Assembly: GCA_964291405.2 (NCBI GenBank) | Contig: OZ219926.1 | Location: 1 to 64,000, forward strand | Length of the DNA: 64,000 bases | Reading direction: 5' to 3' | Source: Thermodesulfobacteriota bacterium | GTDB lineage: Bacteria; Desulfobacterota; Binatia; Bin18 | In this document: piece by piece, positions 19,690-29,393 of the stretch | How the letters are laid out: every line of letters begins with the position of its first letter | How positions within the stretch are numbered: the stretch's first letter is position 1 | Notes under the pieces: generated by a model | Seen by the model: the letters and a program-made list of their open reading frames with translations, nothing else | Database searches by the model: none | What the model was told of the DNA's origin: nothing | Made by a program: the position numbers and the translations under genes

Positions 19690-21764
19690 GCTGCCCCTCC
19701 TATCTGAATGAGCAGATTCCCGTGGGGGTCGAGCCGAAAGGTACAATCCGGCGGAACCACGGTGGTCGAGTCTGTTTGCAGGATGACCGCCGGACCGGTA
19801 ACCACCTCTTCGACCGGGAGCTGTTCGCGTCGGTAAAAAGCAGTCTCCAGACTGCGCAGCTCATTCTGAACCCGAAACACCGACGGCTGGGTTTTGACCA
19901 ACGCAGCCTGGAGCGAGCCTGAGCCGGATGAAGACGCGGCGTGGATTCTCTGCGCCTGGCCAACTCCGACCAGACGGATAGTTACGATTTCAATCGGGCT
20001 GTCCACAAAGAAATGACCGTACTCCAACTCGTGCTGCCGGTGAAAACGGTCAGTGATGCTGTTGAGCGCGGCGGCATCGAGCGGGCCTTCGGGTACGGTG
20101 ACCCGCAACTCATAGCCCTGGCCGACATAGCGCACATCGGCAAAACGCGTGAACGTGACCGCGGCCTGGGCGATACCGTCATCGCGGAACTGCTGGTGCA
20201 ATTCGTTTTGCATCTGCATAAACGCCGTGTTGAGCCGGGGCAGATCAAAATCGGTCGAGACCTGAAAGGCGGTCCGGGTCGCATCGTATTTGACATCCGT
20301 GGTGAGCAGGCCAACGGCCGAGGTGATACCGGGGTAGGGGGGGATGATGCACTCCGGAATGCCCAGCAGGCGGGCGACCTCCGCGCCGTGGAGCGGACCG
20401 GCCCCACCAAAGGCCACCAGCGCATAGGCGCGCGGGTCTATGCCTTTCTGTACGGTGCGCGAACGTATGGCATTGGCCATATTGCTGTTGAGAATCGTGA
20501 CGATCCCTTCGGCCGCTTCAAGCTCGGACATCCCAAGCTGGTCCGCCAGGGCCTGAATGGCCCGCCTGGCGACGGCTGCATCAAGCGCCATGGCACCGCC
20601 GAGAAAATTACCCGTGTCCAGCCGACCCAGGAGAATATTGGCGTCCGTGACCGTGGGCTGGGTCCCCCCGCGACCATAGGCCGCCGGGCCCGGCTGGGAG
20701 CCGGCGCTCTGCGGCCCGACGCGAAAACCGCCGCCTGGGTCAATCTGGGCAATGCTGCCGCCGCCCGCGCCAATGGTGTGGATGTCGATCATCGGGACCA
20801 GGACCGGATAGCCGGCTATCCAGGTATCGCGGGCCGTGGCCTCGCTGAATTGCCCGTCCGTCACCACGCCGATATCGGCGCTGGTACCGCCCACATCAAA
20901 GGTAATGAGTCGGGTGCGCTGCGACCGCTCGCCTGTCCAGGCTCCGCCGAGCACGCCTGCGGCCGGGCCGGACAGTAAGGTCAGGGCGGGTTTTTGGGCA
21001 ACCACCCGGGGTGTGGCCAGCCCGCCGTTGGAGCGAATAATACGCAGCTCGGCTCCAATCCCGGCGCGGCGTAAGCGCTGCTCCAATTGCGACACATAGC
21101 GGTGGACGGTAGGGCCGATAAAGGCGTTAATAGCCGTCGTGGTAAACCGTTCAAACTCACGGAACTGGGGGGAGAGGGCGGCCGAGGTGGTGACAAAGAC
21201 CTCGGGGTATTCTTCGAGAATGATCTCACGAGCGCGATTTTCATGCTCGGCGTTGAGATACGAGAACAAAAAACAGACGGCAATCGATTCCACTCCAGCG
21301 TCTTTGAGCTCACGGGCCGCCTGACGGACCGCGGCTTCATCTAACGGAATCAGAACCTCACCATACGGCGGAACGAGCCGCTCCGGAACGCCCTTGCGAT
21401 GGCGGCGGCGGACCAGGGGGCGGTCCTGCCAGGGAATCTCCTGTTGGATGGAGTAGTGATGGGGCCGCTGGTGACGACCGATGTGGAGAATATCGCGGTA
21501 ACCCTGGGTGGTCATCATGCCCGCGGTCGCGCCTTTATATTCCAGCAGGGCATTGGTTGCGATCGTAGTCCCGTGGTAGATCAGAGCGATACTGTCGAGC
21601 GGGATGGTCTGGTGGTGGCACAGCTCGGTGATCGCGCGCATGACCCCTAGCGAAGGGTCATCTGGGGACGTCGGCACTTTATGGATGGCCAACCGGTCCG
21701 TCCGAGTGTCGGCAAAGACTGCGTCGGTGAATGTCCCGCCTACGTCAACCCCAATGAGTCTCAT
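19686..21764 (-). CDS. Hydantoinase A/oxoprolinase family ATP-binding subunit (A1)
   Basis: DVGGTFTD, HGTTIATN, SGPAAG, DVGGTS and GAGGGS motifs. Confidence 0.95.
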   Translation of the reverse strand: MRLIGVDVGGTFTDAVFADTRTDRLAIHKVPTSPDDPSLGVMRAITELCHHQTIPLDSIALIYHGTTIATNALLEYKGATAGMMTTQGYRDILHIGRHQRPHHYSIQQEIPWQDRPLVRRRHRKGVPERLVPPYGEVLIPLDEAAVRQAARELKDAGVESIAVCFLFSYLNAEHENRAREIILEEYPEVFVTTSAALSPQFREFERFTTTAINAFIGPTVHRYVSQLEQRLRRAGIGAELRIIRSNGGLATPRVVAQKPALTLLSGPAAGVLGGAWTGERSQRTRLITFDVGGTSADIGVVTDGQFSEATARDTWIAGYPVLVPMIDIHTIGAGGGSIAQIDPGGGFRVGPQSAGSQPGPAAYGRGGTQPTVTDANILLGRLDTGNFLGGAMALDAAVARRAIQALADQLGMSELEAAEGIVTILNSNMANAIRSRTVQKGIDPRAYALVAFGGAGPLHGAEVARLLGIPECIIPPYPGITSAVGLLTTDVKYDATRTAFQVSTDFDLPRLNTAFMQMQNELHQQFRDDGIAQAAVTFTRFADVRYVGQGYELRVTVPEGPLDAAALNSITDRFHRQHELEYGHFFVDSPIEIVTIRLVGVGQAQRIHAASSSGSGSLQAALVKTQPSVFRVQNELRSLETAFYRREQLPVEEVVTGPAVILQTDSTTVVPPDCTFRLDPHGNLLIQIGGAA

Positions 21765-21804
21765 GCGTCGCTCCCGAGGGTTACTCTAGCGAGTTTCTTC
21801 CGGC

Positions 21805-21854
21805 TTGACAAAAGACCGGCCCGTATCGTATGAGCTTGGAATGAACATTCACTC
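21805..21854 (+). promoter_or_regulatory. Putative sigma70 promoter plus imperfect palindromic TetR-type operator
   Basis: TTGACA at 21805, weak -10 (TATGAG) at 21829 and GAATGAACATTCACTC at 21839-21854, between divergent genes. Confidence 0.5.
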
Positions 21855-21896
21855 AGTTTCTGTCGCGCACCGGACACTGGCGAAAGGCGCTCCGCA

Positions 21897-22625
21897 GTGA
21901 ATTCTCAGGTCTTACGCAAAAAACGTAAATCTCCGTCTCAGGTAACCGACGAAAAGCGGCTGCAAGAAGGACAAGAACGCATTGCCGCCGCGGCACTCAA
22001 TCTCTTTCTCCAGAGCGGCTATCACAACACCAGCGTCCGTGAGATTGCCCAAAAAGCCGGGCTCAGTGTAGGCTCGGTTTTCAACTATTTTACCAGTAAG
22101 GAAGAGATCCTCTTTTTTCTGCTCTCTTACGGCCAGATTCGGACCGAGTCCGGGTTTCAAAAACAGCGGGCCGAGTTTGAGCGGCTCAAGCGGGATGGCG
22201 CCAGTCCACAGGATCTGTTTTTGCGGGCCTACGAGCAGTACGCCGCGCTGACTGACGAATTGCGGCGTAACACGGTCCTGGCCTATCAGGAAACAAAGTC
22301 GCTGACGTTGGCGGAACGTAAACGCTTTCTCCAGGGCGAAGAACGGATTCAGCATTTTTTCGAGGAGATTATTGCCTATGGGATAGACCAGGGGGTATTT
22401 CCGGACGGGAATGTTCGACTCAAGGCCCACTGCTTATTGGTGCTGGCCCAGTCTTGGGCCGTGCGGCATTGGGCGCTCAGCAGCTTTACTAAGCTCGACG
22501 AGTATTTGGAGCCCTTAAAGTCGATTGCCCTGGGAATTCTTGAGACCGACTCCCAGCAGGTACCTGCTCTGATCGCAGCGCAGGACGGCAAGGATCTCGC
22601 GCTCTCACGAGAGATGACAAGCTGA
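21897..22625 (+). CDS. TetR/AcrR family transcriptional regulator
   Basis: GYHNTSVREIAQKAGLSVGSVFNYFTSKEEIL HTH. Confidence 0.95.
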   Translation: MNSQVLRKKRKSPSQVTDEKRLQEGQERIAAAALNLFLQSGYHNTSVREIAQKAGLSVGSVFNYFTSKEEILFFLLSYGQIRTESGFQKQRAEFERLKRDGASPQDLFLRAYEQYAALTDELRRNTVLAYQETKSLTLAERKRFLQGEERIQHFFEEIIAYGIDQGVFPDGNVRLKAHCLLVLAQSWAVRHWALSSFTKLDEYLEPLKSIALGILETDSQQVPALIAAQDGKDLALSREMTS

Positions 22626-22775
22626 GATCATATGCGGTACAGCAGACTCCAGTGCCTCGACTCACCTCTTCCTGACACCCCCTGTGCGGTTGCTAGTGTG
22701 CTGTACGGGGACTTCGGGGAACCCTAGGAATAAAGGAGGGGAGGGCCACTGGCCCTCCTTCCTGGGGGCAGCAGT

Positions 22776-24023
22776 ATGGATGGATTTCTGTTTGATGTCA
22801 AAGTCCTGGAACTCGCAGACGAAAAGGGGGAGTTCTGCGGCAAGTTGCTGGCCGGGGCTGGCGCGGATGTGCTCAAAATCGAGCCGCCGGGCGGCCAAGC
22901 CACGCGTGAGATCGGGCCCTTTTATCACGACCAGCTCCACCCCGAACGCAGTCTGTATTTCTGGCACTATAATTTCGGCAAGCGCGGCATTACGCTCGAT
23001 ATTGAGTCGCCGCCGGGAACAGACCTGCTCAAGCAACTCATTGCGGAGGCAGACGTCCTGATTGATGCCCAGCTACCGGGCGCGCTAGAGAAACTCGGGC
23101 TGGACTGGAACGCCCTGCAGGCGCTCAATCCGCGATTGATTTATGTGCTCCTGTCCCCGTTTGGCAACAGTGGTCCGTGGCGTGACTATAAAGCCACCGA
23201 TCTGGTCCATCTGGCGCTGGGCGGACAAATGATGTGTTGCGGCTACAGTCCCACAGACGACGGCAGCTACGACACCCCGCCCATTGCCCCACAGATGTGG
23301 CACGCCTATCACATCGCCGGCAACCAGGCGTTTATTGCTACCGTTGGCGCGCTGATTGGGCGCGAGATGACTGAAGTCGGAGAGATGATCGAGCTGCCTA
23401 TTCACCAGGCCGTCAGCGTCTGCACCGAGATCGATGTCCCGCACTGGATTTATGGCCAGACACCATGCTACCGCCAGACGGGGCGACATGCCCAACCGGC
23501 CATTGGACCTGAGGTGCAGTTCCCGACCAAAGACGGACGGTATTCCATTATCCTGCCCAATCCGTTTCCGGGCGGATATGAAACCCTGGTCGGGTTCCTG
23601 GAGGGCAAGGGCAAGGCCGGTGACCTGAACGAAGACAAATATAAGGAACCCAAGAATCGCCGGGGACGCGCCTTTACCGAGCATTTCGCCGATATCCAGG
23701 CGGCGTGCGTGGCCGATTTTGACATGGAAGAGATCTGGCATGGGGCCCAGGAACTGGGCATTCCCTGGTCGCCCATTCGACTGCCGGAAGAAAACCCCGA
23801 CGATGTCCAGTGGCAAACCCGCGCCACATTTTCTCAGGTTGAACATCCCGAGCTGGGCGAATCCTACACTTATACGGGTGCGCCTATGCTGCCGAATGAA
23901 TGTGCCTGGCGGCAAGGCCCGCGGGCGCCGCTCATCGGTGAGCATAATCGGGAGGTCTTGTGTGAGCAACTCGGGTTGAGTGCGGAAGAGGTCGCGGACT
24001 TACAGGACAAAGGAATCGTGTAG
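22776..24023 (+). CDS. Family III CoA-transferase subunit (CaiB/BaiF, BbsE-like)
   Basis: GADVLKIEPPGG, NFGKRGITLD and APLIGEHN motifs. Confidence 0.92.
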   Translation: MDGFLFDVKVLELADEKGEFCGKLLAGAGADVLKIEPPGGQATREIGPFYHDQLHPERSLYFWHYNFGKRGITLDIESPPGTDLLKQLIAEADVLIDAQLPGALEKLGLDWNALQALNPRLIYVLLSPFGNSGPWRDYKATDLVHLALGGQMMCCGYSPTDDGSYDTPPIAPQMWHAYHIAGNQAFIATVGALIGREMTEVGEMIELPIHQAVSVCTEIDVPHWIYGQTPCYRQTGRHAQPAIGPEVQFPTKDGRYSIILPNPFPGGYETLVGFLEGKGKAGDLNEDKYKEPKNRRGRAFTEHFADIQAACVADFDMEEIWHGAQELGIPWSPIRLPEENPDDVQWQTRATFSQVEHPELGESYTYTGAPMLPNECAWRQGPRAPLIGEHNREVLCEQLGLSAEEVADLQDKGIV

Positions 24024-24030
24024 GGTGGGC

Positions 24031-25329
24031 GTGAAAAAAAGAAGACCTTTGGAAGGTGTGCGGATTGCAGACCTGACCTGGCTGCTGGCCGGGGCGGGCG
24101 GGCCACGCTTATTGGCCAGCCTTGGGGCCGAGGTCATTCGGATTGAATGGCGCGACCGGCTGGATTTTCTGCGCTATATGCCGCCGTTTGCCTCCCGCAC
24201 GAAAGAGAGCACGGAAAAGGCCGGAGCCATGGACCTGACCGGCCTGGATACCGGCAAGGTCCAGAGCGTCAATCGTGGTGGGTATTTTAACGATATCAAT
24301 GCCGGCAAATATGGGATCAGTCTGAATATGAAAGCGCCTCAAGGCCGCGAGCTGTTCAAAAAGCTGGTTGCGGTCAGTGATGTGGTGGTTGAAGCATTTA
24401 CGGCTGAGACCATGCAAAAATGGGGACTCGGCTATGACACCCTCAAGGCTATTAAGCCGGATATTATTTATATGCAGCAGCCCGGTTGGGGCCACAAAGG
24501 TCCCTACGTGAAATACGCTTCCTACGGACCGATTGCCCAGGCCGTGAGTGGCCTGACCGAACAGTCGGGTTTGCCCGCACCCCATCCTCCTGCCGGCTGG
24601 GGATTTTCGTATATGGATTGGAGTGGCGCGTATTATTGCGCCATGACCATTCTGATGGCCCTGTACTATAAAAAAAGGACGGGTAAGGGCCAGTACCTGG
24701 ACTGCTCGCAAGTAGAACCCGGCATTGGCATGACCGGCACCGCGGTGCTGGATCACGCGGTCAATGGCCGCCACTATCAGCGTACCGGCAATCGTTCGCC
24801 CTATACACCCGCAGCGCCGCACGGAGCCTATCCCTGCGCTGGCGATGATCGCTGGATTGCCATCGCCGTCACGTCCGAAGAAGAATGGCAAGCACTGGTG
24901 CGCACCATGAGCAACCCCGACTGGGCGGCCCAGGACCGGTTTGCCTCGTTGGACGAGAGAGCCAAGCACCAGGACGAGTTGGACCGTTTAGTGAGTGCCT
25001 GGACGCAGGAGCAGGAGCCCTTTGGCCTGCAAGGGCGTTTACAGGCCGCCGGTGTTCCGGCCGGTGTGTGTCAGACTGCGCAGGATCGGATCGAACGCGA
25101 CCCGCAGCTCAAACACCTGAACTGGCTGCTGCCCCTGGAGCACAGCGAGATCGGGACCTGGCCGATCAAGGATATTCCGTTTCATTTTGCCAACGGGCTG
25201 GTGAGTCAGGGCGGACCGACCGAACGCGCTGCGCCGTGCTATGCGGAAGATAATGAATATGTCTATAAAGAATTGCTCGGCTTGAGCCAGGCAGAAATGG
25301 ACGCGTTTCAGGACGAAGGGATAATTTAA
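24031..25329 (+). CDS. Family III CoA-transferase subunit (CaiB/BaiF, BbsF-like)
   Basis: PLEGVRIADLT, GAEVIRIE and SYMD (probable catalytic Asp). Start uncertain. Confidence 0.92.
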   Translation: MKKRRPLEGVRIADLTWLLAGAGGPRLLASLGAEVIRIEWRDRLDFLRYMPPFASRTKESTEKAGAMDLTGLDTGKVQSVNRGGYFNDINAGKYGISLNMKAPQGRELFKKLVAVSDVVVEAFTAETMQKWGLGYDTLKAIKPDIIYMQQPGWGHKGPYVKYASYGPIAQAVSGLTEQSGLPAPHPPAGWGFSYMDWSGAYYCAMTILMALYYKKRTGKGQYLDCSQVEPGIGMTGTAVLDHAVNGRHYQRTGNRSPYTPAAPHGAYPCAGDDRWIAIAVTSEEEWQALVRTMSNPDWAAQDRFASLDERAKHQDELDRLVSAWTQEQEPFGLQGRLQAAGVPAGVCQTAQDRIERDPQLKHLNWLLPLEHSEIGTWPIKDIPFHFANGLVSQGGPTERAAPCYAEDNEYVYKELLGLSQAEMDAFQDEGII

Positions 25330-25352
25330 CCGTAAAGCTAGGAGGGTGTGTC

Positions 25353-27035
25353 ATGTCGTACGATCTCGTCATCAAAAACGGAACCGTGGTGGATGGAACC
25401 GGCGCAGAACGCTACCGGGCCGATATCGCGGTGGCCAACGGAAAAATTGCGGAAATCGGTAAAGTCTCGGACGGAGCCAAGAAGGTTGTGGATGCCTCCG
25501 ACCTGATTGTGGCACCCGGCTTTGTCGATCCGCATACCCATTATGACGCCCAGATTTGCTGGGACCCGCTGATCACGTCCTCTTCCTGGCATGGGGTCAC
25601 GAGTCTGGTGATGGGCAATTGTGGGGTCGGCCTGGCTCCGTGCAAACCCGAGGTGCATGAAATCGCGGCCTGGGATTTAGTCAACGTGGAAGCCATCCCG
25701 TTTGACGTGCTGGGCAAAGGCGTAACCTGGGATTGGGTCACCTTCCCCGAATATATGAATGCGGCCGAAAAGCGTGGGAGCGGTATTAACATCGGCTTTA
25801 TGGCCGCGTTGACTCCGTTCCGCCACTTTGTGATGGGCGAAGAGTCGATGGAGCGGGGCGCCACACAAGAGGAAATCGTACAGATTAAGGCCCTGATTAA
25901 AGAGGCGGTGGCTGCCGGCGCCTTTGGCTTTTCGACCACAAACGTTGCTCAGCACATCGGCTACAAAGGCCGTCCGATTGCCTGCCGTAACGCCAGTTGG
26001 GACGAACTCAAGGCATACTGCAACGCACTCAAGGAACTCGGCAAGGGCAGTATTGAACTCGCCCTGACCAATAATGTCTCTATTGTTGACGAAACCGAGC
26101 ACGCCTTATTGGATATGCTCCTGACCGAAAGCGGTAGGAAGGTCACCTGGCTGGCGCTGCTGAACCGGGACGATCAGCCGGATGCAGCCATGAATACCCT
26201 GCGCACGATTGAGCCGCTGTTCGAGAAGGGCGCCATTCCGCAGGTGACCTGCCGTCCGCTCATTATTCAGATCGACCTGCGCAAACCGTTCATCTTCGCC
26301 AATCTGCCGTGTTGGAAGCCGGCCTTCGACCAGCCGATTGAGAAGCAGAAGGCGTTCTACAGAGATGAATCCTTCCGGGCCGCATTCCGCAAAGAGATGG
26401 AGTCGCCCAAGGTGTTCTCAGGCAAATGGGAACGCGCGATCATCCATGAGGTCGGCAGTCCCGCCATGCAGTCCCTGATTGGCAAGAGCGTGGCCGAGAT
26501 TGCCAGAGAGCGCGGTAAAGACGGGCTCGATACCTTCCTGGACCTGTGCATCGAGGATGACCTGCAACTCCAGTATACCTATGAGCTGTTCAACGCCGAC
26601 GAAGACCGCATCCCTGAGCTGATTACGCACGATCAGGTCATGGTCGGCCTGTCAGACGGTGGAGCCCATGTGGATATGCTGTGTGACGCCGGCTACTGCA
26701 CCTATCTGCTCGGCACCTGGGTGCGGGACCGACAAGCCATGACGCTGGAGCACGCGGTGAGGCGGATTACCTCCGAGCCGGCCGCGTTCTACGGCATGAC
26801 CACGCGGGGCAAGATCGCAACAGGCATGGCGGCCGATTTTGCGATTTTTGACTACAACACGGTGGGCTCGGCCCGTCGCGGCGAAATGCGGGCCGACCTG
26901 CCCGGTGGCGGGCGGCGCTTGGTCATGCCGGCCCAGGGCGTGCAGTACACGATCGTGAACGGAGAAGTGCTGTTCGACGATGGCAAACATACCGGGACCA
27001 TGCCGGGCCAGGTGCTGCGTTCGGGTCAAGTCTAG
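25353..27035 (+). CDS. N-acyl-D-amino-acid deacylase family amidohydrolase (paralog 2)
   Basis: PGFVDPHTHYD, GNCGVG and SDGGAH motifs; clearly homologous to 12568..14253. Confidence 0.92.
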   Translation: MSYDLVIKNGTVVDGTGAERYRADIAVANGKIAEIGKVSDGAKKVVDASDLIVAPGFVDPHTHYDAQICWDPLITSSSWHGVTSLVMGNCGVGLAPCKPEVHEIAAWDLVNVEAIPFDVLGKGVTWDWVTFPEYMNAAEKRGSGINIGFMAALTPFRHFVMGEESMERGATQEEIVQIKALIKEAVAAGAFGFSTTNVAQHIGYKGRPIACRNASWDELKAYCNALKELGKGSIELALTNNVSIVDETEHALLDMLLTESGRKVTWLALLNRDDQPDAAMNTLRTIEPLFEKGAIPQVTCRPLIIQIDLRKPFIFANLPCWKPAFDQPIEKQKAFYRDESFRAAFRKEMESPKVFSGKWERAIIHEVGSPAMQSLIGKSVAEIARERGKDGLDTFLDLCIEDDLQLQYTYELFNADEDRIPELITHDQVMVGLSDGGAHVDMLCDAGYCTYLLGTWVRDRQAMTLEHAVRRITSEPAAFYGMTTRGKIATGMAADFAIFDYNTVGSARRGEMRADLPGGGRRLVMPAQGVQYTIVNGEVLFDDGKHTGTMPGQVLRSGQV

Positions 27036-27047
27036 TCTTTTCCTGCT

Positions 27048-27070
27048 CCCTCTCCCTCAGGGGGAGAGGG
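27048..27070. repeat. CCCTCTCCC..GGGAGAGGG hairpin repeat
   Basis: Related copies at ~1956-1981 and ~28900-28920. Confidence 0.65.
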
Positions 27071-27120
27071 AGGTCTGCCACGAGCGCGCTCCGGTCACCC
27101 ACCAAATGAACCCCTTGCGT

Positions 27121-27149
27121 TGTCGGATTACACTGCGCTAATCCGACCT
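27121..27149. repeat. GTAG-type REP (reverse orientation)
   Basis: TGTCGGATTACACTGCGCTAATCCGACCTAC. Confidence 0.75.
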
Positions 27150-27189
27150 ACAGTGATGCTGTCAGAACTCTAAACTAAAGGAGGGGAAC

Positions 27190-27636
27190 ATGCTGACTCG
27201 TTTATTTCACGTCAATATCTGTGTCCGCGATATGGAGCGGTCCATCAGTTTTTACGAAAAACTCGGGTTCAACAAGGTCAACGACTTTACGCTTGAAGAC
27301 CCGACGGTCGGTGAGGCGCTTGGTCTCGATGCCCGGAAGCTGCGCGGCGTGTTCATGCGCCTCGGAGACGATGAGAACGCTCCGGTTCTGGACCTGGTCC
27401 AGTTTATCGATCCGCCCCCACAGGGCGAGCCATACCCGTCGCTCAATAATATCGGGATTTGTCGTATTGCCTTCGACGTGGACGATATTGACAAGACCTA
27501 TGCCGACCTTCAGGAAATGCAGGTTGAATTTTTAGCCCCACTCAAAAAAATAGAAGGGCCGGGAGGCGCGGAGATTGGGGTCGTCTGCTTCAAAGACCCG
27601 GACGGAGCCATTCTTGAGCTGATCAGCGGGATGTAG
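27190..27636 (+). CDS. VOC/glyoxalase family protein
   Basis: HVNICVRDMERSISFYEKLGF and DPDG..LELI motifs. Confidence 0.9.
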   Translation: MLTRLFHVNICVRDMERSISFYEKLGFNKVNDFTLEDPTVGEALGLDARKLRGVFMRLGDDENAPVLDLVQFIDPPPQGEPYPSLNNIGICRIAFDVDDIDKTYADLQEMQVEFLAPLKKIEGPGGAEIGVVCFKDPDGAILELISGM

Positions 27637-27672
27637 CCCGGTTATTCGATATGCAGGTTTCGCTTTTCCCGC

Positions 27673-27773
27673 TCCCCTCTTGGGAGGGGTGCCGAAGGCG
27701 GGGTGGGTTTCCTCCAGTCGAATACGAGGCAGCACCCACCCCGGCGCTCCGCGCTACCCCTCCGAGGAGGGGA
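27673..27773. repeat. Inverted doublet of the CCCCTC..GAGGGG repeat
   Basis: TCCCCTCTTGGGAGGGGTGCCGAAGGCGGGGTGGG followed by an inverted copy. Confidence 0.8.
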
Positions 27774-27805
27774 TAGGATTTATGAAAGCTGGAGAACCTG
27801 AGCAT

Positions 27806-28891
27806 ATGTCAACACAGCAGCCCCGCGAGCAGATAGACCCGGACAAACTCAAGGCTGGCGGCCAAAAGGTCTTTGGCCTGCTGAGCGGTGCGTTAATCTC
27901 GGCTATGATCCACCTGGGCGACCGACTCGGGCTGTACCGTGCGCTGCATGGCGCCGGGCCAGTGACCAGCGAGGGCCTTGCCGAAAAAACGGGCTTGAGC
28001 GAACGCTGGGTGCGGGAGTGGCTCCGAGGACAGGCGGCGGCCCAATTGCTTGAGTATTCAGAGGAGGGGCATTTTTCTCTCTCGCCGGAAATGGCCATGA
28101 TTCTTGCGGACGAGGACAGTCCCAAGTTTGCCGCGGGTATTTTCAGCGATTTTCCGCAACGCATGGCCATATTGGAGAAACTGCCCGAGGCATTTCGCAC
28201 CGGTCTGGGGCTGCCCTACGACGCGCGTGGGTCAGAGGGCGCGCGGGGCATTGAGCGGGTCTTTGCCCCCTGGTATCGGCACTCGCTGATCCCCATTGTG
28301 CTGCCCGCCCTGGACGGTGTCGAGTCTCGGTTGCAAGCTGGTGCAAAGGTGGCGGACGTGGGCTGCGGTGCCGGGGTTGCGCTGGTTCAAATGGCTACGG
28401 CCTTTCCGCAGGCCGACTTCCACGGCTATGACATCTCGGAGCACGCGCTGGCTCGCGCCAACGCGAACAAGGATGAGGCCGGGCTGACCAACCTGCGGTT
28501 TCACCATGCGGCCCAGGACGGGTTGCCGGCTGATGCGAGTTTTGACTTCATCACCACCTTTGACTGCATCCATGATATGACCCATCCGGCGGAAGCCATT
28601 CGGGCTATTCGGTCGGCGCTCAAGCCGGATGGAACCTGGCTGATTGCCGATATCAAGAGCGCCCCGACGTTTGAGGAAAATCTGAAGCGCCCCATGACCG
28701 GTCTGATGTACGCCTTCTCGGTGATGGGCTGCATGTCCTCGGCCTTATCCGAGCCGGGCGGCGCCGGCCTGGGTACCCTGGGCTTTAACGAAGAGGTGGC
28801 GCGGAGCATGACGCGCGACGCCGGGTTCAGCCGCTTCACCCGCCACGACTTTGACAATCCGTTCAACGCCTATTATGAAGTGCGGCCCTGA
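27806..28891 (+). CDS. Class I SAM-dependent methyltransferase with N-terminal winged helix (Rv2258c-like)
   Basis: LGDRLGLYRAL, ERWVREWL, VADVGCGAG and FDCIHDM motifs. Confidence 0.9.
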   Translation: MSTQQPREQIDPDKLKAGGQKVFGLLSGALISAMIHLGDRLGLYRALHGAGPVTSEGLAEKTGLSERWVREWLRGQAAAQLLEYSEEGHFSLSPEMAMILADEDSPKFAAGIFSDFPQRMAILEKLPEAFRTGLGLPYDARGSEGARGIERVFAPWYRHSLIPIVLPALDGVESRLQAGAKVADVGCGAGVALVQMATAFPQADFHGYDISEHALARANANKDEAGLTNLRFHHAAQDGLPADASFDFITTFDCIHDMTHPAEAIRAIRSALKPDGTWLIADIKSAPTFEENLKRPMTGLMYAFSVMGCMSSALSEPGGAGLGTLGFNEEVARSMTRDAGFSRFTRHDFDNPFNAYYEVRP

Positions 28892-28941
28892 CGAGAAAAC
28901 CCTCTCCCCGTGGGAGAAGGTGCAAACATGAGGAGGAACGT

Positions 28942-29343
28942 ATGGAAAAGGAATTCCTGAATCCCGCCGGTCTGCCCGTTTTGCCGGGCTTCTCTCAGGT
29001 TGTGACCGCAACCGAGGGAAAAATTGTTTTCATCTCGGGCCAGGTCGCCTTGAACGCAAACAACGAGGTGGTGGGCAAGGGCGACCTGCGCGCCCAGGTC
29101 GTCCAAACCCTTGAAAACCTCAAAGGGGCGCTGGCCGCGGTTGGGGCCACGTTTGACGACGTGCTGAAGACCAATACGTATATTGTCAACTATACGCCTG
29201 ACATGATCGGCATGTTCCGTGAGGTTCGCAGCCAGTATCTGCCCCAGGAAAAACCACCGGCCAGCACCCTCATCGGCGTTCAGGCGCTGGTGCTTGAAGA
29301 CCTGCTCGTTGAGATTGAGGCCTTTGCTCTGCTCAAGGCTTGA
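28942..29343 (+). CDS. RidA/YjgF family protein
   Basis: FISGQV, PASTLIGV and VEIEA motifs. Confidence 0.92.
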   Translation: MEKEFLNPAGLPVLPGFSQVVTATEGKIVFISGQVALNANNEVVGKGDLRAQVVQTLENLKGALAAVGATFDDVLKTNTYIVNYTPDMIGMFREVRSQYLPQEKPPASTLIGVQALVLEDLLVEIEAFALLKA

Positions 29344-29393
29344 GGCTGGCGCGTATGCGCTTCTCCTTTGTTCTGAGCCCTGCATGACCCGGC

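Noticed and set aside
22660-22775. GC-rich hairpin (GGAGGGCCA-C-TGGCCCTCC) between TetR and the CoA-transferase as an ncRNA
   Set aside because: A single hairpin with no family resemblance and no second copy.
27680-27805. N-terminal extensions on the ORF track (also 7895-8104, 16685-16846, 35897-36073)
   Set aside because: They run through repeats or other genes, while family-typical starts, mostly with an RBS, lie downstream.
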